This document shows, piece by piece, positions 1 to 12,544 of a stretch of 64,000 nucleotides of DNA. How positions within the stretch are numbered: position 1 is the first letter of the stretch; every line of letters begins with the position of its first letter. The notes under the pieces are model-generated. The model was not told where the DNA came from, made no database searches, and saw only the letters and a list, made by a program, of their open reading frames with translations. The translations under genes were made by a program, and so were the position numbers. Origin of the DNA: Lama glama (taxonomy: Eukaryota); assembly GCA_028534125.1 (NCBI GenBank), contig CM052817.1, positions 43,960,001 to 44,024,000 on the forward strand, read 5' to 3'.

Positions 1-510
1 TTTTTTGTACAATAAGAAGAAAAATTAGAGGGCCAGTTGTAGAAGACCAGTTGTAGTTGTTGAAACACTGGTGGTAATGGTTTTCTGTGGTTAATTCCTT
101 TCCCTTTGCCAGTTTTCTGTTCACTCTGCCTGTTGTACCTCTGTTTGATTTTCTGGCATTTCAGGCATATGTACCAAAATCTTATACCATCCTGAAAAAA
201 TGCAAATGTTACAAAGTGGTTGAGAGTAAGAGGCCCAGAGGGATTGAACAAAATACCAAAGGAAATTTATGAAATGCACTCTTAAACATCTCTAATAACC
301 TTTTCCCATTTTCAGTGCTTGTTAGCTGCTTTCCAAGAAACGAGTAGTAGGAAGAAGACAGGAAAGTCATGTGCTGATGCTGTTGGCCAGTTTCTGTAAT
401 CAAGAAGTGGAGGAAAATTGCTTAGAAGTTGAATCCAATTTTAATGTTTTTGCTTTTAGGCTAGATAATACTGTTCAGAGATAATTGACTTTGTTCAGAT
501 CATTGATATG

Positions 511-693
511 CAGTAATGTGCTGGCAATATTTAATAACCAGCTTTCTGGGAAAAAAGAAGCTCAAATTTGTAATGTTTGCTGATTTCTGTGGTATAAGTA
601 ATAGACTTCAAGCTCCCCACAGAAAAGCATTGAATGCTGAATGGGGATGAAGCGCTAAGAAAGTAGGTACTAGCTGACTCTGTTACACCACTG
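511..693 (-). mobile_element. MER63-like hAT-Blackjack non-autonomous DNA transposon fossil (intronic)
   Basis: Ends cagtaatgtgctgg... and ...ttacaccactg resemble the CAGTGGTGTGCTGG TIR. The sequence gctggcaatatttaataaccagctttc matches the recalled MER63 terminus. Confidence 0.55.
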
Positions 694-1672
694 CTCCTGT
701 GTGAGCTTAGAGGAAAACCTCCAGATTTAATGATACACAGTTAACTATAGGTTAATTCCTATCCTTTTGACTACAGTGGTATATTATATATCTTTGCGAG
801 CACAACCCAGAAAACCTAAAGTTCTGTAAGATAAATGTCAAGTGCTTCTATGACTCTTATTGTTGTCTTTATACGTGTATAGGTAAAAAGACCAAATCAT
901 TTCTATCTTGTCTAGGCTTTTATAAGGGTTACTTTTTTCCTTATCCGTAAAGTAAAAATTAGAGAAACAAAATGTGGGATATTAATCTAAACCCATCTTC
1001 CTCAATCATCTGAGCTGTTTAAAAATCTTTTGTTGATGTTTCTTCAAAAGATCTTATGTGCATTAATAATTGAATCAAAAACCTTACTGAACCATTTTTA
1101 TTGTCTATAGAAGTACAGTTAAAGAACCAAAAGTGCATAGACCAAAGAGGGTTTAATGTTTGCATATGTAGGATAGGATGAGAAAGGACAGAGCTATAAA
1201 TCCGTGCAAGAGAGGCATGTATGGGAAGATAAATATACTGGCTGGCTGGATAGATGGATGGGAGGGTGGAACAGGATGGGAAGGAAGGATGATCAGAGAA
1301 CAAACTAAGGGCATACCTGACTAGAGAGAATTAAGCCTTTAGTCCAAATAGCAGACAATAAACTTTTCAATTTCGTACGAAACATTTTATGTAATTAGTG
1401 CTATGCCAGTATTGAAGACAATCAGTAATATCAGGTATAAAAGTGTTTTGTAATTAGCATTAAATACAGATCCAAATACAATATTCTGCCATTGTATCAG
1501 TGGAGTGCTGTTAAATTTTTGTTTACTTGGCTTAGCATTTGTTTACTTTCTTGGTTCTTGAATAAATTAGGAATGTAGAAAAGTGCTGTTTAGAACTCAG
1601 AGTCATTTAATCTACAACTGATTTGGAGTGATTCAAAGAGTAAGCAGTTAGGAGAATTACTTATAAACCAGG

Positions 1673-2033
1673 TATCTTAGTGAGTTTAGGTTGCTAAAGC
1701 AGGATACCATGAACTGTGTGGCTTTTAAAATAACAAATTTATCTCACAATTCTGGGGGCTGAAAGTGTACGATAAGGATGCCAGCTTGGTCGGGTTCTAA
1801 CGAGGGTCCTCTTCTGGGTTGCAAACAGCTGTTTTCTCACTGCATCCTCACATGGTGGAGAGGGCAAGAGAGTTCTCTAGGGTCCCTTTTATAGAATACT
1901 AATCCCATTTGTGAAGCTTCCACCTTTATGACCTAATCACCTGCCAGAAGTCCACCTCCTTACACAGTCACATTAGGGGGTTAGGATTTCAACATATGAA
2001 TTTTGGGGGAACACAAACATTCAGTCCGTAACA
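1673..2033 (-). mobile_element. MLT1A/MLT1A0-type MaLR solo LTR (intronic)
   Basis: Typical antisense MLT1 text (tctcacaattctgggggctgaaagt...acaaacattcagtccgtaaca). Flanked by near-identical 5-bp TSDs ccagg (1668-1672) and ccaag (2034-2038). Confidence 0.8.
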
Positions 2034-3948
2034 CCAAGTAAGTTGAATAAACAGCCTAATTCAAACTTACTGCTGCTGCTTACACACACAGACCTCATGC
2101 CCACTCCCTTGCGACCAGTCTAAGGGTGTGTCTGAACCAATTAATGAAAAAAGGAAGGACAGTTTTCCTATTATGTCAAGGAGTAAATCTTTCTGTTACA
2201 TTATGAAATTCTTGGTGGATAATTTTCTCATATTCTTTTTCAAAACAAAGCATAATGCTAGCTTAAACTATTTTCCTGATTTTACTTTTTTTCTCAAATA
2301 CAGTTCTATAGACTTAACTAGAACTTTACTAATATAAAGACTATTTTCCCATGTTATATATGGTCTTTTAAAAAAGAAACAGTTTGATTCAGAAGAGGTT
2401 AATAGTTATGAGTGATGTCTCCAATTAAATGCATCCTACTTTCTGGAGTGTTTGACATCTTTCTTGGGGCCTATATTTGCAAAGGATTTCTGTATAGCTC
2501 TACTAGCTGATGTGCATAAAGATGCTCTATAACAAAGTGATAAGATGTAGTGGGTTTATTCAACATAAGTAATTTAAAATATTTAACTTGTGTTTTGTTT
2601 ACTTATAGCTGAAGCAAGGGGCAGTCTCATAAAAGAAAGTAAAACCACTCTCTTTTAACCCTTTTCCTAAAACGTCACTGGGAAACTAAACACTTAGCCA
2701 AAATGAAGGGATAATATCATTTCTTGACTGTTTGAACTTGGAGCATGAATGGCAGAAAGTCTTCCCCTGGATTCAAGTGGGCTCCTTAATTTGTGGTAAA
2801 GTGAGATTAAGGTATCTAATGTTGAGTAATGCCCTCTCCCTCAAAAGAACTAGTTCATTGTTTTAGTCTTGGTCATGTCAAATCTGCAAACTAAGGTCAT
2901 TGTTTCCAAAATTTCATAGTATAATTTTTTCCATTGAGTTCTTTTTCTTTTCTTTCTTTTTTTTTAAGTAGCCCATTTTTGCTGTGATACCACTTAAAAT
3001 ATTAGCTAGAGCTCACTATGTATAGTATTTATAAATAGGTACTTTAAGGTGTGGAAGTATTTCTCCATTCTTGGGCTCAGGCTCTTGTGCAGTGGATAGG
3101 AAGCTCTCTTGCATGCACAGCCTGGGGCAAAAAAAGGCACACTAGTTTTGAAACTTACTGCTCAGGTAAACCAAATCATCTAGCCCTGAGAGTTGCGACT
3201 GAATACATAGATAGGTCTCTGCTGAAGGTTTGTTTTTGCTGAGGTATCGTTGTGCAGCAGGGTATCCAGAATTTACAGTACACCAGGATTTGTGAAAATA
3301 GCATTCTAAAGAACAGGTTAGAATGATTAAATGTGTGCAGTATTTTATATGTATGTATAAAATCTGGGAAAACCGAACTGGGATTAGCAAATCTAAAAAC
3401 GTGCTTTACCGTGGCTTCATTCAGATGTGTTTGGATATCTTGATTTACAAATAACTTAAAGTAATGCCAGTTATCATTAAAAGAATTAATTTGTTGTAAC
3501 TGTGCATTAACTATGGTTGTATTTATATAAATATCCTTATTTGCTGATTATTGTATCTGTTAGAGTTAGTGCAGTTTCCATAATGTTTTTACTGATATGT
3601 TAGATTTCACTGACCCAAGCACGCCAGTTTTAAAGATACCTAGACATAATTTGGTATGCTTAGTGTTAGTGTCTCAGTTTGCTTACCACTTATACACAAG
3701 CGCAAAGCTTTGTGATTCCAGTGGACTACTGTGTTTCCCTGTTCAGCCACCTTTATTTCATGTAATTTACCCATTCAAGCTTTGAGCTTTATTTGACCCA
3801 TTGTCAAGACAACAGGTACCAGAAATGCAGGTTACTCAGATATTTGGCTTTTACAGAATATGAATTGTTCTTTTATATATCTTGAGTTTTTCTTTTATCT
3901 AAGCATTTTTTTTCCTTTTTTTTTTCTCTGCTCCCAATCTCTTTTCAG

Positions 3949-4161
3949 GGTGTGATTGACTACATTTTCTATTCCAAGACTCATATGAACGTGCTTGGTG
4001 TCCTGGGGCCTTTAGATCCTCAATGGCTGGTTGAGAACAACATCACTGGGTGTCCACACCCTCACATCCCTTCAGACCACTTCTCACTGTTAACACAACT
4101 TGAACTCCACCCTCCACTCCTGCCTCTTGTCAATGGTGTTCACTTGCCTAATCGGAGGTAG
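3949..4161 (+). CDS. CNOT6L: CCR4-NOT transcription complex subunit 6-like, last coding exon (C-terminal EEP nuclease domain)
   Basis: Long polypyrimidine tract and cag acceptor at 3946-3948, phase 0. Translates GVIDYIFYSKTHMNVLGVLGPLDPQWLVENNITGCPHPHIPSDHFSLLTQLELHPPLLPLVNGVHLPNRR*, with the EEP motifs IDYIFY and PSDH and the CNOT6L-type C-terminus. Confidence 0.97.
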   Translation, partial: GVIDYIFYSKTHMNVLGVLGPLDPQWLVENNITGCPHPHIPSDHFSLLTQLELHPPLLPLVNGVHLPNRR

Positions 4162-7100
4162 TGGAGTACTGCCCCGTAAAGACGGGGATCTGTTGCTATG
4201 GACCTGTACAGTTGTAAATCAAAGTATGTAGGAGTGAAGTATGGCCATCCTTAAGCTGCTTCTTCAGGTTCCTTTCATTATGTGTTTGCTATAAAATTTT
4301 GTACACTTTTGTGCATATTGGTATCATTTGGCACTAGGGCTGGAACCAAAGTATTACTCTCTTTCCAAATTTTTAATTTAGTGTGTTTTTAAGTTGGACC
4401 TTCATATTATATTAGGAGTCATCATCCATAATTGATAAATCACCAGTTTGAGGCCCAACAACAGTGTATTTGTTTTTCCAGAACAAATACTTTGTTTTGA
4501 ATGGCTTCAAATGAACCAACCATTTTTGTAAAAGGCAATTTTTTAAAACTATAAATACGAAATTTTAAACTGAATGATGGCATGCCTTGCAGGAAACTTT
4601 CTTGAATTTCTCTTTTCCATGATAACAAACTGATTTTTGGCTCCCCAGTTATTTGCACATTAACAAAGCACTTAAATTTGCTAGATCTGTACATAAACTA
4701 GCCATAATGAGAAAAACTGAGAATTTAAAGATGATTTGCACAATATGCTTTCAAAACCAAGCATTTAACAGCACATGACAGTTTGTTGGGCAAGCGCTGG
4801 TTGTTTTTTGTTTTGTTTTTTGAGGAATCATTCTGTACTTTGTTCCCCTATTAATTGTAACCTTATTAGAAGTATTAATTCTAAGCCTGTCTCTCCAGTT
4901 ATTTACAGGAAAACAGCGGGTAATTTCTACTGCCACACATCCTGGAAACAGAATTTGATCTATTTAGGCTACCCACAAAATTAGTCTCTAGTAATTTTTA
5001 TTGATTCCATCCACCCCTTTCTGCCTGGTTGTGCTGGAAAAACAGATATTATATAATCTGTATCATTTTTGCTGTCAATAGTCAAATGTTAAAAACAAAC
5101 AAACAAAAACAACTAATGAATGAAAAGACCCTGATCAACGTTTTAGAAGGGGAAAGATATACAAATATTTCATGTGTTTCCCAAAGTAGGTCAAGTGGCT
5201 GTTGGTTTTGGCTTTTTGACGTGACAATGGAAAGGATTTGGGGAGAGAACAGGGAGTAGTTGAAAACCTTGCATCATTTTTCCTGACTCTAGTTGCCAAA
5301 TGGCCATTATATGCTTTTAATCTTTGTTTCCGTTGTCTGTCAGGGTTGAATTAAGAAGCTACTGGTTTATTCCCAATTGTTGATGCTCTTTAGATATGTT
5401 GGAATCTTTTTTTCGCCCAGGAGGGGCCAGCTGAAAATCTGTGACTCAAGAGGCAGTGAACGAAATACCGTTTTCTGGGGGAAAAATTGGTTGGCTACTT
5501 GATGTTAATTATGGCACAGTAACAGGAAAAGGTTGTGTCTGTGTTTTTAAGTTTTTCTTTATTCTGCTTTTTTGCTGCTATAAGAGTTTTCTGAAATTTA
5601 TATTTTAAACTTTTCATGCACTTTACTGTTTCTAGTCTCAAAATGTGATATTTTTAATAAACAAGAAATTTTCCATTATGTGAATGAAATTTTAAAAGAA
5701 AATTACCTATATTTGTGTCTCACTAATATATAAAGTACAAGTCAAATTTAAATTATTTAATTAGTTTTAAATATATACAATTTGTCTCCTCTTTCAAACC
5801 TGACATCTTAGACTGTTTTACTAGTCTTAAATGATGCATTTCCTTTGGTCATTTTATACTAATTTCTTCCATAGTAAATTAATCAGGCTACATAAGGTAA
5901 TATTTCCCCTGAAGGGTAATTTTAGTGGGACGAGGGTGGTGGGATGATGTAATATCATATATGGGATTGCATCAGAAGGGTTCTGTAAAGCCTAAACTCC
6001 CTTTTAAAAGTGCCTAGTGACAGAGGCGTTGTTTGTCATCTATTATAATTGGAATGTCATTGTAGTTGAGTGAAGTTTGATGTAAATAAAATATTCTTTG
6101 AAAAATGTTAAGGTACCAGAACAAACAAAATAAACAAAGAAGCAACCCTTGAGATGACAGATTTTCCTCAGTGTGCAGGTATCCCTTCTTATATACCTCA
6201 AGCATTCAACATCTAGCCATGCAAATTGATTACCTGAAGCATAGTACTGGAAAGTAGAATAGCATGAAAAACTTAATTTTGTGGACATTACCTTTTTTTG
6301 TAATCAGCTACTGTATGTTTTATTTTAAATCTTTTGTTTTGGGTGGGTTTTCTGCTCTGGAGGTATATGCACTAACAAAACATTTTCCTCCTTTCATATA
6401 CGCATGTTAATTAGCAATGTGAGCAATATTTCCTACCATACTTCACTCCCAATATTTTTTGAGATGTTTGTATAAAATGGAATTTAAAGTTCACTTATGA
6501 TTGTATATGAACCACAGAGGAGCCCATTTATTAATAAAAAACTTTTTTAATAGTTAAATGTAGAGGGAAAAATAAAAAAAATTGGGAAACATTGTAAACA
6601 GCTTAAGTTTATTTTGTGTATGATCGAGGCACTCTGTTGCAGGAAGGTGTGTAATTGGGTTCTCTCTGCTTCCAAATGCACTCTTTCAAACCATTCATTA
6701 TCCTGTGTATTTTTAATGTGGTTTTAGTAAATGTTGGCAGTAGCTCTGTTGAAGTAGGTAATTGTGTTATGTTTTGGGTGGCAAACATACTTGGGGCATG
6801 GTAACCCAAATTTCATGTGCACGGTTTCCCTTTAGCCCACTGCCCAAATTTCACACACCCTTTGTTCCCTCTGTAAAAGGAGTGGTATCTGTTTTGAGCT
6901 GCCAATTCAGATGATCAGAAATGCTGCTCTCCTCAGTATTGTCTGTTAAAAACGCATGCCACTTGGAACTTTGGCATGAAAAGCCAAAAGGAAGAGGTGA
7001 ATGACATTTGGTGTATATTCAATGAAAGTGAAATATTTATGCTCACATACTTTCTAGATCTCAGAATAAGTTAATAAGCTTTATGCCATGGGGGCTGCTG

Positions 7101-10100
7101 CATATTTTATCTGAAGATAAAAGAAAATTTGGGCATTTTTAGATTGTGATAATGTGTTTTTTTTTAACTGTTAAATATGATTTCTGATATTTGTCCAAGA
7201 ACTGGAGTGTTCTTTAAATTTATTGAAACAGTGTTGTTTGAGGAAGGGAAAACTGCACTGTTTGCCATTACAGCAGTCATACAAGTGCATGTCAAGTCAC
7301 CCACTCTCTCAGGCATCAGTATCCGCCTCATAGCTTTACACATTTTGATGGGGAATATTGCAGCATCCTCAGGACTGACATCTGGGAAAGGCTCAAATCC
7401 ACTTACTGCTCCTTGCTTGTTGACTTTGTTTTAAAATATTGTGCCTGGTGTCAACTTTTAAGCAACAGCACTGCCTAAAAGCAAGCAGAGAACAGAATCC
7501 CAGCACCATTCTATAGGCAACTTTTTAGAATTCAGATATAGTAAATCTGTTCAAGATTTATGATGTTTTATGTAAAAAAAAATTTTGTACAACGTAGCTG
7601 AATATTTTTGTTTCCTTTCTTTGATGTAAGGCGTGTGAACGTTCGTTTGAATATCACATGTTAAAGTCAGGTATGGCACAATGGGTTCTGAGACCAGCTT
7701 TTCCTCCCTCCCATTTGCCTTGTTCCAAGCTCTTTCTTTTCAATTACTTTCTGATATTCACAGGCAACTGTTTAATTTTACTAATAAGCATCCTGTGTGA
7801 ATGTATTAAAGAAGCCACTGTGTTTTAGTGTTGTAGTTCGCAGAAATATAAAGCTTCATTTCTTATTTGTCCCTATTCTTTGGTGTTTTCAAGTTATAAA
7901 AATCACAGAGAAGCAAGGGAGAAAGTTGAAAGAGATGGAAGACTCATATCACTTGATTCTATGGCGGGTTGTTACAGAATTGAATGTGAGCAAACATATT
8001 GTGTTCCACTTTAAAACTGTATCTCCTAAATACGCTGCTACTGGGTGAAAAATTAAGTTTGTATTTGCATTTCCAAGAGTTTCTAAAACTCATTAATGCC
8101 ATCTATACTTTCAAATCAAATGGCAAGGAATAGAGAAAGCACACACAAAATAATAGGTTAAATATATGTTCTTCTGTGGAACCAAAGGCATATAGTTCGT
8201 CATTCCCAATCCAAGGCTAGATCTTCTAGCAGTAAAAATTGACTGTATCCCAATATTTACTTCTTTGATTATAAGGCCTTATATTCTGAGATTCTGAAGG
8301 ATTTTAATAGCTTGGTAAAATGCAGACTGATGAGTAGCTTCAGTCACAGAAGACATCAGTTTCTGATACATTTAACAGGCCATAAGAATATGGTTTTAAA
8401 GCAAGCAAAGACTTTATGGCACATTTCCAAAATAGCACTCACATATACTTATGTTTTGATAGAGATGTGAATTCTCACATTTGTAAGGTATCCTTTTTCT
8501 TCCACCTGCCCTCCCCCTTTAAAAAAAAATCTAATGTGTGGAAGATTTGTTTAACCTTTCCTTCTGTATTGTATCGTGTTTGTAGAACTCTCTGAATTAT
8601 AGGTATACAAATTAACTAGGGAAATAAGAATATTTTTCTAAGCCAGGAACTTCAGTGAAAGCTTTGAATTTATAGACAGATGAGAACTTTTATACTTATG
8701 GTTGCTTTGAGTGATTTTAATTTTCTAATAGCATCATGGTCACTAAATTTGAATTCAAGCATGAGTAAGTTTGTACATCTTTAACCTGGCTTATTTACCA
8801 AAGTTGTATGCTGTTTAAGAACAGGATACCAAAAGCATCTTTCCTTTACAGCACAATAATCTTTATTATGTGTCACCTTAAAGCTTAAGGGTAAATAGAA
8901 AAAGAAAATTCTTATACTTACACTGCAGGGTGTTCTGAACAAGATCCACAGAAAAAAAGGGAGAAAAAAAACCTTATTTTCAGGAAGGTGGTAAGGGAGA
9001 ACATGCCTGTTTTCTTGTTTTAACCAAATACTGTCTTTGTGTAAGATTCTGTTAAATCACAAGTTCTCCAGTAAGAAATAAGGAGATACCAGGAAAAGCA
9101 AGCTTTATTAACGTAGTTAATAATTCCTTTCAGCATAAGTTTGTTCGGTTAGGCTTGGGTTATTCTTGGAACCAAAGGAAAACAAGCATGTTGAGGTTTC
9201 ATTCAACAAACATTATGACATTGAAGTAATGGAATGTTTTTAAGTAAAATAGTTTTCACTTTCAAAGCATATGAAATAAGAACATTTCTACCTATTAAAT
9301 GCTAATTTTTATGGCACATGGTATAAACTTGGTAGCATTGTACTGAAATGAGAAATTGTGTCATTAGAAAATCCCATTTTGAAGAAGGTACGCAAATGCC
9401 AAGTGATATGACTCTTTTGGCACAGTAGCATTGGGTATATTCACTTTCCAGAAACTTTCAGAAGACATAGTTTGGCGCCTATTAGTAGTTATTTTTGTTA
9501 CAACAGTCCACCCGAATTTAGATAATTTCCTTATTTGTATGTCTGTCACTTGTAACCCTAAAACATAAGAATCATGGTAGCCCTCTGAGAAATGGTCCTT
9601 TCTTGCTCATTTCAGTTTTGTATTAATTTCTAATTACTGATATACAGCTGTATTTTCTTTCCATGTATCAATGGTTATATGTACCCCTTTGTTTAATTAG
9701 TTAATTAACACAATTGGCTCAGTGTTGATGTGTCAGACAATGGCTTTGCTTCTTACTGAACAGGCTTAGTTTCCAGCTGCTTGTTTCAATCTTGATGCAG
9801 TAGTCTGCGGGTGTATTTATTCAGAAACTGCTGTCTTTTCTCTGTGCTTAACTTGCTAAAAATATATTTCCTTACCTTTGAAATTCCTGAGCGGTGCTCT
9901 GCCAACTTTTCGGGTGGGGGAGGGATTTGGATGGCTGTGTTACTGCACACTGGATCTGGAATTGTTCAGTGTTGTGAGTGGCAAATTTCTTAAACACCAG
10001 CAGCACTGAGAAGTGCACTATGGGCATTCGTACAGTTGTCCAGAAGCAAGCAATTCTTTCATCTAGGAGAAGCTGAGGAATAGAGTTCAGTGGAGTACTT

Positions 10101-11279
10101 GGTATATTTCGAGGTTGGGATGAATGTTTCAACTTCGGGTTTTGTTGTCTCTGAGTGGAGTGGGGTGGTATGGAGGGAGGTGGGTTTTGGTTTTGTTTTG
10201 TTTTGGGTTTTTTGGGTTTTTTTTTTTTTTGACAGAGTGTCTGTACCTTTTGTCTCTGAAAAGGCCAGGGTGTTGGTCAAATTCACCGTGGATTTATATT
10301 TTCTTATTGTGATTTCTTTCAACCAGAAAACAAGTGCCAACTAATCGTCCATGAGATGACCTACTCTTCCACTCAATTTACCATTTGAATAGGGAAGGGT
10401 TCATTTATTTTCATTCCTTGGCATTAAATTAATAATTCATTGTTTTGCATACATTTGAGTCATTCTGTGGCCTATAAAGTGTTTTTGTAACTAATTTAAT
10501 GGTTGGAAAGCAAAGCACATGAGTTCAAAACTGAGCAAGAAGTTTTGGTAATTTTTTCCCGGAATACTTAGTAGTTTCTATTGATTCTATTCCAAAACAA
10601 ATTCTACTGTTTAAGGTTGTGTATTTACTTTGCTTTTGTCCTAAGAAAAAGCCAAGTGCTAAATCAACTTGTTATTGTGTTCTAAGAATCAGTTTAAAAT
10701 CTGAGATTTTCTTTCCTTTTTTTAAATTAGAAGATTTAATGAAGTGCCATGTAATTGTAGCTTACTAGTGTTTAATGTGTAATAGACTGGCTCTGTGGTG
10801 TTCTCATCATTTAACACTCTGTCATCGCTGGAGAAACTGGCTCCATTCTTGTGGAACACATTCTCTCTGACAAAATCACCAGCTGCTTTATTTTTCTATT
10901 TATTACAGTTAAACAGTTGATGAGGTCTGAATCTTGACCAAACTGCTCAGCTGAGATGTTTTTCACAGTAGACACTGTACAAAGTGTGCGTGCAAAAGGA
11001 CACACAGTTGGGTGGTAGTATTTTTTCATTAATGTGAACATTGACTAAACAAAGCAGTCCTGCCTTTTAAATCTTGTGGCAGCTCAGGAGGGAGGTGCTT
11101 AAGAACCTTAACTACTATGTCAGATGACAAAATACTTTTTTCCATTTTGGAGATTGGGTACTGCTCACACATGATGTATAGGGCTAAATATATGCTTGTT
11201 TCCTTGCACCTGTGTACTTCCCCGTCTCTCCTTCCCTTTCCCTCCCCTGTAGGCAATAAATGGCCATTTTGCAACTGCA
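4162..11279 (+). other. CNOT6L: CNOT6L long 3' UTR (~7.1 kb)
   Basis: AU-rich, with no recognisable interspersed repeats. It runs from the stop codon to an AATAAA, a CA and a U/GU-rich downstream element. Mammalian CNOT6L is known to have a multi-kb UTR. Confidence 0.8.
11255..11260 (+). terminator. Distal polyadenylation signal AATAAA of CNOT6L
   Basis: AATAAA is followed ~18 nt later by CA (11278-11279) and then ctttgtcttggttttttactttttaatgtgtg. Repeat-rich DNA resumes further downstream. Confidence 0.8.
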
Positions 11280-12544
11280 TACCTTTGTCTTGGTTTTTTA
11301 CTTTTTAATGTGTGCAGTATAAGTGTCTGCTTTAAGGTCAGCGCATCTCTTGTGAAGTAGGGAGACAGGGTAATTCAGGCAGAAAATTACAGATTCATGC
11401 TATATTTTTCTTCTAGTGAAAACTATGTTACTGTTTAAATAATACTTTGTTTAGAATAGATTCAGAAGATGGCCAAGTTATGAGACTTGCCTTGGCTGAA
11501 GAATCTGAGCTGAGGGACATGTGTCACTTCTGAGTGAGATTTTAAGAGCCAGTGTACAATGTGTTAAATATATATATATATATATAGCCTTGGTGATCCT
11601 AGAAGCGTATGTTGAGAGCAAATTTCTCATCCTAGATCCTCGAGTAACTGAAGAACAGAGCTCCCCTGCTTACCTACATAGGGCATGTAGTGCCAGTGAA
11701 AAACAACCACCAAATCTCAGTGTCTTATTGCAATGAAGGTTTGTTATTAAAGCATAATCTAGCCCATCCTGGCTGATAGACAGCTAATCTGCTGAGTTAC
11801 CAATATTCATCAGTTTCAACAGGTGGACCTGCCAAGACCTAGAGTAAATTTATTCAAGAAACATTCCAATATCTGCTGTGAACAAGATGCTTTGTGGGAT
11901 ATAAAGATTGACGTGCTCCCTATCCTCTAAGAATTCACATTCCAAATCCTCTTCTGTTTATGACACAGGAGAAAATATTGAAGTTTTTTACTTAGAGTAA
12001 AGGCATCAAATTATAGAATTTTGGAAGGGAGAGGAGGGTAGGTGCACACAGTGAAATAATTAGGAATTCTCAAAACTATGTTTAAGGATATTCAGTGGAA
12101 AAATGATACTGAGGTATGGTGTGATTGAGACCAGATTATTCTTGACAGAGTGAAACAAAACCAAACAACTGTCCAGCTTAATAAGTGTTTAGGGAAGATA
12201 ATAACAGATTATTTTGGAACAGATTGCTAACATGAACAAGTCTCTAGGCTGCAAGCTCAGTGCCTCCTAATTTGTCTTTTCTACCAAGGTTGCAATGTGA
12301 ATGTGTCACTGATCCTGAGGATCCTCTTTTTACAGTGGCCTTGATGTTGGCCAGCCTTTTAGAAGTCCTCAAAAGTAGAATCACCCTTGTGAAGTGGATC
12401 TTGGAAGTGACTAGGTTTCAGGTTACTGCGTTATTAAGACACACAGGACAATCGTAAAATTGGCCAAGTGTCCTTGCATTCTACCATGTGATCTTGGACA
12501 GAATGCATCCTCACCGGTAAAATGGAAGCTAAATTTCATGAAAT

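Noticed and set aside
2609..2638. Intronic pseudo-exon with an in-frame stop
   Set aside because: Poor donor (AAA|gtaaaa) and no other support.
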